From Escherichia phage SR02, in the sequence record OQ870566.1: a stretch of 64,000 nt of DNA. One strand, given 5' to 3'. Numbering within the stretch: position 1 is the first letter of the stretch; the number at the start of each line of letters is the position of its first letter. The translations under genes were made by a program, and so were the position numbers. Shown in pieces: positions 46,878 through 57,523 of this stretch. The notes beneath the pieces are model-generated. The model worked only from the letters and a program-made list of their open reading frames with translations, searched no databases and was not told where the DNA came from.

Positions 46878-47097
46878 TGATCAAAAATCTACGCAACAAG
46901 TGCTTCGCTTTCGCTATCGCAATTGGAGAGGCGAGGTTGCTGACCGGTCCGTTATTCCACTCCGAACCTCCATTGCTAGCTCCCGTTTTCATAACGGTGG
47001 CAAACCTTGTTGGATTATGACAGCGATAGATGTAGAGAAAGATGAGATTCGAGAGTTCAAACTCTCTGACATTATTCAGTATTACGATTTAATCTAG
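46870..47097 (+). CDS. hypothetical protein
   Basis: Start uncertain (46840 or 46870). Confidence 0.4.
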   Translation: MSDDQKSTQQVLRFRYRNWRGEVADRSVIPLRTSIASSRFHNGGKPCWIMTAIDVEKDEIREFKLSDIIQYYDLI

Positions 47098-47105
47098 GAA
47101 CTGAC

Positions 47106-47267
47106 ATGATCACACAAGCAGATAAAAATAAACTCTTCGACTTAATCCACGATCTATTAGAAGCTCAGAGCTTTATTAATAATGCCAATACTTGGGAGAT
47201 GGAAGCAGCTGGAAAAGCTTTTGATGAAAGTGAAGAGAAACTTACTAATTTTATAAACGCAATCTAG
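47106..47267 (+). CDS. 53-aa hypothetical protein
   Basis: AGGAA RBS. Confidence 0.4.
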   Translation: MITQADKNKLFDLIHDLLEAQSFINNANTWEMEAAGKAFDESEEKLTNFINAI

Positions 47268-47421
47268 GAGGGTGTATGAATGAAGAAGTTGTTATTCTTG
47301 GCAGTAAATCGGATTGGTTCTACGGAGGCATCTCAGGATGCTTTGAAGATGAACATCCAGACTTCTGAAGAGAATTGGGATGTATGACGAATTTGATGGT
47401 TTTTAAAACTTAGAAACAAAT

Positions 47422-47459
47422 AAAGCCCTCTTGGATTTCTCCTTGAGGGCTTTTCTTTT
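47422..47459. terminator. bidirectional terminator at the convergence of plus and minus transcription
   Basis: AAAGCCCTC...GAGGGCTTT hairpin with U-tracts on both sides; minus-strand gene stops at 47461. Confidence 0.55.
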
Positions 47460-47460
47460 A

Positions 47461-50400
47461 TCACTCCTTAGGTCGAACTCTTACACGGAGTCTCGATTGA
47501 CGCTTACTGCGTTCAAGCTTCTCTGACAATGAGCCACGTTTAATCTTCGGCTTCCCTTCGTCATTAAACTTCTCCAAGAACTGCAAATACTCAGTACGAT
47601 TAGTTGTCTTGTAAGAAGGAATCTTAATATCAGGGTTCTCTTCAATCACACGTCTCATCTTCGCTACATCATCCCTACCAAGCAACTTACTCTTAGCCTG
47701 TTCAGCTGTAGAACCAAAGATCTTCTCCAGTGCTCTAGATTTGTTACCACCTGCGGAAGAAGCACCAAGTTTAGCAATAGCAGAGTAATCATCAGCACTA
47801 AACCAAGCTACTGGATTATCACCATACTTCTTCTTGTTTTCAGCAGCAGTCTGCAATGCACGTACAAAGCGACGGTTGTTACCAGCCTTATCTGCACCAT
47901 GAACCCTGTCTAAAACTTCAGCCACACTAGCCAACTCATCCAAGCTCTTCCCACTCAAGAAAGCTTTCTCTACTTTATCAGCAAAGACCTCTTCCTGTTG
48001 TTTAATGCTCTCCAAGATATCAGAATTTGCTTGAGATCTTTCATCATCAGGCAGAGCAGAACGAATCTTCTCCATCTCCAACTCTTCCTCTTGCAGTTTC
48101 TTAATATCGGAGTCAACCTTCTGAGCCTCCTCAATAGCCTTCCTAGTATCCGCATCCAAGTTATCAAGCTTACCTTCAGTATCTCCAGTAACCTTAACAA
48201 TCTCTTTCTCGATAGGAGTCATTGATTCGTACTTCTTAGCAAACTTCTCAACATCAGCTTCGATACGAGAACGAGCATTCTGATGTTCAGTGGGAGTCAT
48301 AGGCTTCTCAAGAAGTGCATAACGGTTGTCCATATAGGAACCAGCAAATGCTTCAGCATCCTCTCTAGATATGCCCTTATCTTCCATAGTACGCATCAGG
48401 CGGCGATGAATGTCATCACGTTGACGTTGTACTGCCATAAGATCATTCTCACGCTCTTGGGCCGCTTTAAGCTCTTCACTGCGCTTAACTCTCTTGTCCA
48501 CATCAAACTTACGGTTCATCTCTTCCGCTTGCTCATACATCTTGTTCCACTTGGCCTGACGAGCATCTTCCTCTGCATCAGTTAAACGACGCTGACGATC
48601 AAGGTAATCTGACTCGGCGTTGTGGATACGTTCAATGTAACTACGGAACTTCTCTGGAGGAACTGGAGAGTTCTTGTCATGGTGAGCAGCCAACTGTTTC
48701 AATGTACGAGATTCCTGAGCCTCACGAACAGGTTTAGGTAAACCTTCCATCATCTTCTCAATCTCACTCTTCTGAGCTGCAATAGCCTCTAGAGTTTTAC
48801 GTTCATTCTCAACAGCAGCCTTAGCATCTGAACGAGCCTGGGCTTTGTTTTTCAGAGTGGCAAGACGTTCTTCACGAGCCTGTAAATGCTTAGCAGCAGC
48901 TTCATACTGAGAGTTCTTGTTAGCTTTGTTGAAGGCATTCACTTCTCTGTTATAGGTGTTAATAAACCCATCCCAAATATCCTTCATCTGACCAACTTCT
49001 AAAGCCTCTTCCCTACCAGCCTTCTCTGAAGATTTAAACTTCCCATCTACATAATCATTCATCAGCCTACGCATAGCATCTTTCTGAGCAGGACGTAAAG
49101 GTTCTGAATCAATCAAAGTATCAATCTCAGACTGAAGCTCTTTCTTCTGGTCAACCAGCTTAGGAGCATCCTTCTTATCAAAAGCTTTGTTCTCTTCTAG
49201 AGCTTGTTGATACAGTCTATCAAACTCATCCTCACGCTGCTTCTGATACAACCTTTCAGCACGACGTTTCAGACCATCCAAGTTAGTTACGTTCCCACCT
49301 AAACCTTTCTCTTCAGCACGTAATGCCTTAGTAGCAATGTCTTCTGGCAGACCACGTTCCTTAACCCATTCAGCAAAATTAGTTCGTACAGTGTTGTTCT
49401 TAGCAGTAGCAATACCTTGCTGAGAAGCTAGCTGATTACGAGCCATCTCTTCATGACGTTCAGTGTTGATAGCATTATCTTCCTGACGAATACGACGCAT
49501 CAACTCCTTAGGATCACCCTTGTAAGCCAAGAAGTTTTCAGCAGTAGCTTTAGCCTTAGCAGCCTTAGAGTACAGAGAGCGAGCAAAACGTTCTGCACGA
49601 TCTTTAGTAGCCTGACGAGCAGCACTAGACATAGCAGCTAAACGTTCTACACCACTTGCCGGTTTAACATCCTGTACAGCTTCCTTAGGAGCTTTAGGAG
49701 CACGGGCAGGTAATGGCTCAGCTTTGACTGTTGGTTCCTCTACGGTTGGTTCTGGAGCCTGTGCGGCCTCTTCTTGAGCACGTTGTTGTTCCATTGCACG
49801 ACGTTCCTCTAAAGGATTACGAGCAGGGAGTGGTTCAGCCTGTGGAGTCTGTTCAACCGGAGCTTCTTGAGCAGCAGCTGCCTCTTCTTCAGCACGACGC
49901 TGTTCAGCCTGACGGATAGCACGTCTTTGCGCAACTAAATCGCGAGCTGTAAGAGGAGATTCTTGAGGAGCAGAAGAAGGAAGATTTTCTTCCGTCACAG
50001 TACTAGAAGAAGGCTCCCGAACCGGTTCGGTTTCTACATCGTTTTGCGTCTTAAATTTAATGTCATCAACAACTGGTTCTTCTTCCATTTTAGCACGAGC
50101 TTCATCAGCAGTAGACTTAGCACGAGCAACTTCCAAATCACCACGAGCCAGAGAGCGGATAGCTTCACTGTTAGCTTCTTGTTGCTTAACACGTTGAGAG
50201 CGAGCACGCTGAGAAGAGAAGCGGTTTATAGCATACTTAGCAGCACCAAGTGTATTCATAACCAGACTAGGAGAAGAAGCCTCACGGAAGCCATCATCAG
50301 TCAGAGAAGTCCAACCACGGTCTTGGTTGCTCATGAACTTAGCTGTATTGTTCAGAGTATAAGCATCTTGAATAGGATTAAAACCTTCAGGCATACCCTT

Positions 50401-51882
50401 CAGTTTCTTCAACCCACCAATAGCTTGTTTCATCTCTGGAGAAACATTGTCAGCCATCTTCTGTAGTTCAGTAGCTTTCTCTACAAAGTTATTAAAGTCT
50501 TCACCATCACGAGCTTTGAATCGGTTTGCTTCATTGTAGAAAGTCTTGTAAGCATCAATGAAATCACGGTCAGCTTGTGTGCGATTCTTAATATCAATCG
50601 GACTACCAGTAAAATCACCAGAAGCTCGGAGAGAGGTTAATTCACGATCTAGATTATCTAGAACATCTGTAAGGGCTTTAGTGTTATCCTTGGTGTAGTC
50701 AGCCATTGCATCTTTCATAGCGACAGCTTGCTTCTGGTTGTGCTCATTATCAGCGAAAGCTTTACCACGAACTTTAGAAGGAGCAGCCAAAGGATTAAGA
50801 CCCGGAATATTAGAATGTTCTTTCTGAACAGAAGCAGCTTTCTCAGCACGAGCTTGGTCAGTGTTAAGGATACGCTGAGCAGAAGGAGAATCTACAGCAA
50901 CAGCATCGGTAATACGGAATCCATTCTCATCCAGAAGATTCAGAGCAGAAGCAGCGTTAGCAGTTTCAGCTTTAGAGTAAGCTTCTTTCAGTTCATCAAT
51001 GTTCTTAGCACTACGAATTAGTTCATCATCAGCAGCAATATCAGTCTTCGCATACTCTGGAGTATTCTTGAAGACAGCAGAATCCGGACGGCTAATCAAA
51101 CCATGAACCCCACCAACTGCACCACCGAATGCAGCACCCATAGCACCTTCTTCGATAGCACCTTCTAATACATTAGCAAAGGTTGTGTCATCTCCGTGCT
51201 TATTCTGAGCTTCAGCAGCACCCACAAGAGCACCACCTTTAGCACCAGCCACTGCGTTACTAGCAACGTTCTGACCAATACGTCCAAGTGTGGATTCAGC
51301 TGTACCGACAGCACCCGGAAGGATTCTCTGAGCCGCATAGTTAGCACCACCAACAAGAGCTGCATCCAGAACCGATTTGTCTTCTCCCTCTTCAGGGGTT
51401 TGGTCTGCATATGCACGACCTGTCTCACGACCTGCGATGATAGCAGCGGCAGCTAATGGGTTAGCAACTGTCAAACCAATATCACCAACAACGCCAGCAT
51501 ACTGCCCAGCAGTTTTACCAATCCCATCCTCAATCTTATCCATACGTTCTTTCAGAAGGTTCTGAGAGTTTTCTTGGATACGCTTACCGTAACTAGTTTG
51601 TGCTCCAGCTAGATTCTCACCAATCTCAACTAAACCACCAATACCTTTAGCAGCACTAGCTGCAATGTTTGCACCACCAGATTGAAGAGCATTTGACACA
51701 CCTTGAGCAAACTCACCTATAGCACCACGTTCTTCTTGTTGTGGTTGTGCTACTGGTTGTTCCTCAGGAATAGAGCCACCTGCTGCCTTATATTGTTCTC
51801 TCATTTGAGCTTGTTGCTCCGGAGAGGCATTCAGATACGCAGGAGCTTTGGAAGCTTCTTCCCACGGTTTAATGTTAGCCAT
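47461..51882 (-). CDS. large internal virion/ejection protein (1473 aa)
   Basis: AAGGAG RBS; Gly/Ala-rich N-terminus and long coiled-coil regions. Confidence 0.8.
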   Translation of the reverse strand: MANIKPWEEASKAPAYLNASPEQQAQMREQYKAAGGSIPEEQPVAQPQQEERGAIGEFAQGVSNALQSGGANIAASAAKGIGGLVEIGENLAGAQTSYGKRIQENSQNLLKERMDKIEDGIGKTAGQYAGVVGDIGLTVANPLAAAAIIAGRETGRAYADQTPEEGEDKSVLDAALVGGANYAAQRILPGAVGTAESTLGRIGQNVASNAVAGAKGGALVGAAEAQNKHGDDTTFANVLEGAIEEGAMGAAFGGAVGGVHGLISRPDSAVFKNTPEYAKTDIAADDELIRSAKNIDELKEAYSKAETANAASALNLLDENGFRITDAVAVDSPSAQRILNTDQARAEKAASVQKEHSNIPGLNPLAAPSKVRGKAFADNEHNQKQAVAMKDAMADYTKDNTKALTDVLDNLDRELTSLRASGDFTGSPIDIKNRTQADRDFIDAYKTFYNEANRFKARDGEDFNNFVEKATELQKMADNVSPEMKQAIGGLKKLKGMPEGFNPIQDAYTLNNTAKFMSNQDRGWTSLTDDGFREASSPSLVMNTLGAAKYAINRFSSQRARSQRVKQQEANSEAIRSLARGDLEVARAKSTADEARAKMEEEPVVDDIKFKTQNDVETEPVREPSSSTVTEENLPSSAPQESPLTARDLVAQRRAIRQAEQRRAEEEAAAAQEAPVEQTPQAEPLPARNPLEERRAMEQQRAQEEAAQAPEPTVEEPTVKAEPLPARAPKAPKEAVQDVKPASGVERLAAMSSAARQATKDRAERFARSLYSKAAKAKATAENFLAYKGDPKELMRRIRQEDNAINTERHEEMARNQLASQQGIATAKNNTVRTNFAEWVKERGLPEDIATKALRAEEKGLGGNVTNLDGLKRRAERLYQKQREDEFDRLYQQALEENKAFDKKDAPKLVDQKKELQSEIDTLIDSEPLRPAQKDAMRRLMNDYVDGKFKSSEKAGREEALEVGQMKDIWDGFINTYNREVNAFNKANKNSQYEAAAKHLQAREERLATLKNKAQARSDAKAAVENERKTLEAIAAQKSEIEKMMEGLPKPVREAQESRTLKQLAAHHDKNSPVPPEKFRSYIERIHNAESDYLDRQRRLTDAEEDARQAKWNKMYEQAEEMNRKFDVDKRVKRSEELKAAQERENDLMAVQRQRDDIHRRLMRTMEDKGISREDAEAFAGSYMDNRYALLEKPMTPTEHQNARSRIEADVEKFAKKYESMTPIEKEIVKVTGDTEGKLDNLDADTRKAIEEAQKVDSDIKKLQEEELEMEKIRSALPDDERSQANSDILESIKQQEEVFADKVEKAFLSGKSLDELASVAEVLDRVHGADKAGNNRRFVRALQTAAENKKKYGDNPVAWFSADDYSAIAKLGASSAGGNKSRALEKIFGSTAEQAKSKLLGRDDVAKMRRVIEENPDIKIPSYKTTNRTEYLQFLEKFNDEGKPKIKRGSLSEKLERSKRQSRLRVRVRPKE

Positions 51883-51920
51883 AACGTCTCCTTTTATAAA
51901 TAAAAATGTCCTACCCCCTA

Positions 51921-51929
51921 TATACATTA
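51921..51929 (-). promoter_or_regulatory. TAATGTATA motif (minus strand) ~36 nt upstream of the 1473-aa gene
   Basis: Same motif and spacing as the plus-strand copy at 34312. Confidence 0.45.
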
Positions 51930-51949
51930 TAGAAGGCAGGACTTAGGTC

Positions 51950-53629
51950 TTACTTAGTGAACCAGCTAGTATCTGAAGAACCAGATAAAGCACCACCCTT
52001 CAATTTAGAAGGCTTGTCATCAGGGAATGTTTTATCGTGAACTTTACTATGTCCACGAGACCACTCTTTAAACTCTTCAGTAGTGAGTCGAACAGAGCCA
52101 GGAGCAAAAATAGAGTTAGCAGCTCTAATAGCATTTTCAGGAGCTAAACCACTATCAAGCATCAAAGATTCTACTAGAGGGGCTACTTGGTATTTAGTTG
52201 CCTCTTTATCAATTTCTTGAATCTCTGTACCGAGAGCTTTAAGCCACTTGATATTTGCTTCGGTCGGACCTTGACCTGCCATCATCTGAATCTTATTCAA
52301 CTTGTTGTTAACCCAATCTGGATCGCCTGTAAGCTCATTCATAACTTCGCCATTAATGGAAGCTAAACCACCTTGAATAAGTTTAGTCAAGTTCTCAATA
52401 GCAGCACGTTGCTGAGCTGCATTCTCTTGTGAGCTTGCACCAGTTCCTAGTTTAGCAATAGCAGCTTCTGTAGGAGCCATCCACTTGTTTCGAGAAGATA
52501 GGACATTAATAACAGGACGATAAGATTGCTGTAATTTATCTCGCAAGTTAGGAGTAATACCACCAAGCTCCTCTGATTTCTCCCACTTAGGAGACGTTTT
52601 ACGAACACTGTGTTCATTCTTGAACACTTGGTTTTCACGAGTAATCTCACCACGCGCTTCAGCCAGAGCTAGTTGGTTTTCCAAAGTAGCCTTACGATTT
52701 CTCTCAGCAGATTCTTCGTTGATAGCTTGACGTCTATCCCATTCAGCATTCTGACGTCTTTCACGCTCAGCGTATAAAGCTTCCTGTTGAAGAGGATTTT
52801 TAGCTCTCATCTTCAGAAGAGAAGGGTCTCCGCTTGCGATAGCAGCAGCAATAGAGTCTTGAGAGAAACCTTGTTCAACCAATGCATCACGGTTAGCTTC
52901 TAGTTGTTTCTTAGTCTCATCTTGGTTAGCCATACCCTGACCAATTTGGAAAGCTTCAATTGGAGACTTACCTGACATGATTGAAAGACCTACACCCATT
53001 AAGCCTGCGTAGAAACTAGAGTTCTGATAGAACGGCTCTTTCTGTAACTTATTCCAAGCCTCTGAAGGGTCTTTAGCTTTAGCAACTTGCATGATATCGT
53101 TGTTAACACGTTCCTGATCTTTAGCACGAGTAGCAGCAGCCATACCATCACCAGTGTCCTGACCTTGAGCAAGAGTGTTAACAACACCTTGTGCTTGTTC
53201 TACTTGAGAAGGAGTAAACTCCATAGGACCAGATTCTAGCGGTTTAGTAGGAGGTGTTACCGGAAGAGGGTCACTAGGCATAAGTCCAGCATCCTGCAAA
53301 CCTTGATCAGTGGATAGATTAGGGTTAGCTACTACAGGGGCTGGTGCTCCAATATCAATACCCTGAAGACTTGTTGGGGCTCCTTGATTCTGTTGTTCCA
53401 TAAGACGTTGCTGGAATCCCGGATTCACCATAGCATTCTGATCTTCTTCTGCCTGAGAGACAAGACCTGCGAGAGATGAAGGTACAGCAGGACGTTGATA
53501 CATAGAAACATCCGCTGTCTGAGTAGGTCTAGCCATATAAGGAGAGGCCGAAGCCGCTCCCGGATTAACACCATAGAAAGTATTTCTCGGATCACGACTT
53601 CTGACCTGAGCATAAGTTGTCTGTTGCAT
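51950..53629 (-). CDS. internal virion protein (559 aa)
   Basis: AGGAGA RBS; Pro/Gln/Ala-rich. Confidence 0.7.
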   Translation of the reverse strand: MQQTTYAQVRSRDPRNTFYGVNPGAASASPYMARPTQTADVSMYQRPAVPSSLAGLVSQAEEDQNAMVNPGFQQRLMEQQNQGAPTSLQGIDIGAPAPVVANPNLSTDQGLQDAGLMPSDPLPVTPPTKPLESGPMEFTPSQVEQAQGVVNTLAQGQDTGDGMAAATRAKDQERVNNDIMQVAKAKDPSEAWNKLQKEPFYQNSSFYAGLMGVGLSIMSGKSPIEAFQIGQGMANQDETKKQLEANRDALVEQGFSQDSIAAAIASGDPSLLKMRAKNPLQQEALYAERERRQNAEWDRRQAINEESAERNRKATLENQLALAEARGEITRENQVFKNEHSVRKTSPKWEKSEELGGITPNLRDKLQQSYRPVINVLSSRNKWMAPTEAAIAKLGTGASSQENAAQQRAAIENLTKLIQGGLASINGEVMNELTGDPDWVNNKLNKIQMMAGQGPTEANIKWLKALGTEIQEIDKEATKYQVAPLVESLMLDSGLAPENAIRAANSIFAPGSVRLTTEEFKEWSRGHSKVHDKTFPDDKPSKLKGGALSGSSDTSWFTK

Positions 53630-53642
53630 ATTTATCTCCTAA

Positions 53643-54611
53643 TTAAGAACTCGCCAACCCACCGATTACACCCCCAGCCAATGCACCCCAAGGCCCAAAG
53701 GAAGAGCCAGCTGCTGCACCACTCATAGCTCCACCAAGGAAACCACCTTTGCCACCAGATGTTTTAGTAGTTGTAGTTTGTCCGAGAGCACCGTTAAGTA
53801 CACCTGCTGCACCGAGTTGGTTATTGATATCTTGCCATCCCCAATTAGCTGCGTTCTGAGCATTCTGGTAGGCATTATCATATTCATTCTGTTGTTGCTG
53901 TTGTTGCTGCAACCCAGCCTTCCATTGGTTTAGTATTTGCTGTTGAGATAGATCAGCACCTTGTTGACCTAAATTGGAAAGGTTAGAACCAATAGTAGAA
54001 AGACCTGAGAGAGCAGCTGCCTGATTCTGTCTATTACCAGAGAGAATGCTTTCAGCTTGGTTGATAGCCGAGTTATAAGCACTATTGGTAATATCTGTTG
54101 CTTGACTTTGCATCTGATTCAGAGCATCACCCTGAGCAAAAGATTTAGCCATACGAGCACCTGAACCCTGCTGACCAGCATACTGTTGAGCCAATTGAGG
54201 AAGAGCATTACGTGCTAGGTTCTGTTGAATTTGTTCGTTATTAGCTGTAATAGCTGCCTGAACAGCATCGTCGTCATACAATTGACCAGCAAGAGCACCA
54301 ACCTGTTCTCCAGTAATCCCACCTTGTCCAGAGAGGCTCTGATAGCCTTTATAGGCATTATCTAGATAACCCAACCCTTGGCCTGCTGCATCCATGTATT
54401 GTTGTGAGAGAGTCCCTAGAGCACCAGATTGTGCCAAGTTGTTAAGAGCTTCTGTCTGGTTGTTATTAAACCCTACATTGTCACGATAAACATAATCCCC
54501 TGAACTAGTATTACCAATCTGTTGATTAAGCTGGTCAATATACTGTTGAATGTATTCAGGGCGAATCATTTGAGAAGTAGTCTTACTACCCCCGCCTCCG
54601 AAAAGTCCCAT
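53643..54611 (-). CDS. Gln/Gly/Ala-rich virion protein, paralog of 54624
   Basis: AAGGAGA RBS; N-terminus MGLFGGGGSKTT parallels MSLFGKSASSKTT. Confidence 0.65.
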   Translation of the reverse strand: MGLFGGGGSKTTSQMIRPEYIQQYIDQLNQQIGNTSSGDYVYRDNVGFNNNQTEALNNLAQSGALGTLSQQYMDAAGQGLGYLDNAYKGYQSLSGQGGITGEQVGALAGQLYDDDAVQAAITANNEQIQQNLARNALPQLAQQYAGQQGSGARMAKSFAQGDALNQMQSQATDITNSAYNSAINQAESILSGNRQNQAAALSGLSTIGSNLSNLGQQGADLSQQQILNQWKAGLQQQQQQQNEYDNAYQNAQNAANWGWQDINNQLGAAGVLNGALGQTTTTKTSGGKGGFLGGAMSGAAAGSSFGPWGALAGGVIGGLASS

Positions 54612-54623
54612 ATTAAATCTCCT

Positions 54624-55676
54624 TTAGTTTGCTCCGAATGCCCCTAAGACCCCACCTAAGATATTATTACCCGTTGTGGATAACCAGTTAGACTGACCTT
54701 TCTGTTGAGAAAGATTAGAACCTCCAATCATAGGACCAGCCATTCCAGATTGCCCACCTGAGTTGTTATAGGAACTCCAAGCATTCTGGGTCTGTTGGTT
54801 AGGAGAGAAAGCTCCCATACGACCTGCAATACCCAAACCAGTGATACCAGCACCTAGGAGCTGTTGTCCAGTATTAATCCCCGGAGCAGCATTCTTAATC
54901 GTGTATCCAGCCATCGGACTTACACTATTTAGTACATTAAGCTGATTGTTAAGCTGATTCCATCCATACTGCTGAGAGCCAATAGCATTCTGCCAATTAA
55001 TATCAGCCTGAGCTTGGGCTTGTTGCTGTTGCAGATTGCCAGCCATGAGTTGATTCTGAATGGCCTGTTGAGTTGCCTGAACACCTTGTGCACCGAGATT
55101 GAGGTTCTGTCCAGCTAAACCAGATTGAGCACCAAGTAACCCTCTCTGGAAGTTCTGATCTTGTTGCAGAGCACTTACACCCATATTCTTTCCACTGATA
55201 GTACGAGACAGGTTTGTATTAGCACCATTCAAAGCAGCCCCTTGAGCCGCAGCCCTACGGAGAGAACCAGAATCAGAGCCATTGCCAAGAGAGACATTAG
55301 AAGCTGCTTTGCTAGTAGCTTGTGCAAGAGCTGAGTTATTCAAACCTTTACTAAAGTTATTAACCCCTTCAGCCGTAACCCCACCACCATTAACAATATT
55401 CTGATACTGTTGAGCAAGGGAGTTAAGTTGGTCTAAACCTTGCTGTGTACGAGGTGTGTACATATCAGCTAATTGTTTTTGAGTTGTAGAAGCTGCTAAG
55501 TTATTCAGAGCACCTTGTTGGTTGCCATTGAACCCAGCCAGTTGTTGGGAAATAAATCCCTGATCGTTGTTCTGCATATTCTGAGCATTAGCAACAATCT
55601 GCTTCAGCAGGGCATCAACCTGAGAGGAAGGAGCCACTGTGGTTTTGCTAGAAGCTGATTTTCCAAATAAAGACAT
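54624..55676 (-). CDS. Gln/Gly/Asn-rich virion protein, paralog of 53643
   Basis: AAGGAGG RBS; low-complexity Q/N/G. Confidence 0.65.
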   Translation of the reverse strand: MSLFGKSASSKTTVAPSSQVDALLKQIVANAQNMQNNDQGFISQQLAGFNGNQQGALNNLAASTTQKQLADMYTPRTQQGLDQLNSLAQQYQNIVNGGGVTAEGVNNFSKGLNNSALAQATSKAASNVSLGNGSDSGSLRRAAAQGAALNGANTNLSRTISGKNMGVSALQQDQNFQRGLLGAQSGLAGQNLNLGAQGVQATQQAIQNQLMAGNLQQQQAQAQADINWQNAIGSQQYGWNQLNNQLNVLNSVSPMAGYTIKNAAPGINTGQQLLGAGITGLGIAGRMGAFSPNQQTQNAWSSYNNSGGQSGMAGPMIGGSNLSQQKGQSNWLSTTGNNILGGVLGAFGAN

Positions 55677-55695
55677 AAGTCCTCCTTAAAGATTA

Positions 55696-56478
55696 TTACT
55701 TTACACCAATGCTAGCCAAACGTCTGAGCACTGCTTGTGTTTGTGGACTGTACTGAGAACCTGCTGCATGTGGTGCACTTGCCCTCTGAACTGTTTGAGA
55801 AGTCGGAGGTTTACCAGCAAGCATAGCAGCTACGCCTAATACTGCATTACCAAAGTTCTGTTGAGGCTTCTGATCTTCCCCTTCTTGTGCTTCATCAGAG
55901 TAAAACTCTACTGGATTTCCGCCTAAAGCACCTGTCTTAGAAGCAGTAATGTCTGCCTGAGTGGGAGCTTGTGCAGCCTTCTCTCTGTCTAACAAGTCAG
56001 GATTAAACTGATTGACTGGTTGAACAGCTTGCAAAGCTCCAACAGGGTTAGCAATCTGAGAAGCTGCATCACCATAGAAAGGAAGAAAGTGTTTGTTGTT
56101 CATTGAGTCAAGGGCTTGAGGTGTAAATCCCTTTTTACCAGCGAACATTTGCTTAGCACCACCGATACCTTCTGAGTAACCAACCATTGCTTTCTTAACA
56201 TCACCATTAAAAGCCTTTAAGTTATCTCTAATATAACGAGCACCCATATCAATATTCTTTGCTGGGTCAAGTCTGTCTTCTAGTTTGTAACCGTAATCTT
56301 TAGCCAACCCTTTACTAATCTGCATTAAACCTACAGGACCAGTTCCAGAAGCCACTGTAGGACGACCACTAGACTCTCTTTGGATTACAGCATGAATCAA
56401 AGCAGCAGGAATCCCATACTTCTTTGAAGCCTGTTGAACCATTGGGTCTAGTTCTTCAATACCCATTCTAATTGACAT
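55696..56478 (-). CDS. lytic transglycosylase (SLT domain) virion protein
   Basis: QRESSGR...GLMQIS SLT active-site motif. Confidence 0.75.
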   Translation of the reverse strand: MSIRMGIEELDPMVQQASKKYGIPAALIHAVIQRESSGRPTVASGTGPVGLMQISKGLAKDYGYKLEDRLDPAKNIDMGARYIRDNLKAFNGDVKKAMVGYSEGIGGAKQMFAGKKGFTPQALDSMNNKHFLPFYGDAASQIANPVGALQAVQPVNQFNPDLLDREKAAQAPTQADITASKTGALGGNPVEFYSDEAQEGEDQKPQQNFGNAVLGVAAMLAGKPPTSQTVQRASAPHAAGSQYSPQTQAVLRRLASIGVK

Positions 56479-56487
56479 AATAACTCC

Positions 56488-57522
56488 TTATTGTATACTC
56501 CTGAATATTTTCCTAGCATCTAATATCGGAATGTTTAATCCGAGAGCACCACCCCCTCCTAAATCGTATTGGTCACTCCAAGAGTAAATCATCCTACCGA
56601 AACCTGTGCTGAAAGAAGAGCCATTCATCATGTGAGATCTTGTGTGTTGAAAATACCAACCACTAGTCCTGCCTCTTATTGCTCCGGCTCCGTAAGATAG
56701 TGGTATCATTGGATAGGACAGAGATGTGTTACCACCACTCATAGGCATAAATCCCTCAACACTAAAAGGGGTTCTGTATGTAGAAAATACACACTGAGAC
56801 CCATTTGGAGAAAAGATATTTAAACCTCCATTGTGAGTTGGTACTCCAGAACCATCACAGAAGACAGCAATTCTAACACCGCCAATGGATCCTGTTTGGT
56901 TTGTGTTACCATTATCATGAGACCTGTTCTGGTACACATAAACAACCCTATTGGATGGATTGTATAGAAGCCCTGCTCCTCCGTTACTCCAATTTGCGTA
57001 GACAGTTGCTCGGCTCATATCAAAACCACCAATATCTGGTATTTGAAGAGAACCATTTATGTCACCTTCCCAAGCCCAAATACATTGACCAACAACCCCA
57101 GAATCAGAGATTGAGAAATAGTCAGCAGAGTTGGAGAATGTGATTCCATAGTTCCTATTAGCTCTAGGCCATATTTGATATACATTAAAAGCCATATCAA
57201 ATATCCAACCGTTTACGTTATAGTCCATAGTAACTCTGAAGGTTGAGTTATTAATAACAGATATGTCAGTTATCCAATATACATCAGATGTTAAATTGGG
57301 AGGTATGTATCTCTCCCAAACAACAGACCCTGTTGGAACTATAACTATCTGACCACTACCATCCCAACCACTTATAGGCAAGTCACAGGTATTTCCACTA
57401 AAAGAGAAATTCCCACTGACCCTATTTCTGAGTTGAGGGAATGTGCTACCACTATCAATATAAATATCAGCAGGGGCCGCTGGACCCGGACCAACCGGGC
57501 GTGTCCATATTCCATATGCCAT
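56488..57522 (-). CDS. tail/receptor-binding protein candidate
   Basis: GGAG RBS; Gly/Ser/Asn-rich beta-type composition. Confidence 0.6.
   Translation of the reverse strand: MAYGIWTRPVGPGPAAPADIYIDSGSTFPQLRNRVSGNFSFSGNTCDLPISGWDGSGQIVIVPTGSVVWERYIPPNLTSDVYWITDISVINNSTFRVTMDYNVNGWIFDMAFNVYQIWPRANRNYGITFSNSADYFSISDSGVVGQCIWAWEGDINGSLQIPDIGGFDMSRATVYANWSNGGAGLLYNPSNRVVYVYQNRSHDNGNTNQTGSIGGVRIAVFCDGSGVPTHNGGLNIFSPNGSQCVFSTYRTPFSVEGFMPMSGGNTSLSYPMIPLSYGAGAIRGRTSGWYFQHTRSHMMNGSSFSTGFGRMIYSWSDQYDLGGGGALGLNIPILDARKIFRSIQ
57181..57189 (-). promoter_or_regulatory. TAATGTATA motif inside a late gene (possible internal promoter)
   Basis: Motif only. Confidence 0.2.
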
Positions 57523-57523
57523 G

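Noticed and set aside
47970-50466. Several plus-strand ORFs (47998, 48283, 49963 etc.) inside the 1473-aa minus-strand gene
   Set aside because: Shadow ORFs antisense to a long RBS-supported gene; low-complexity translations
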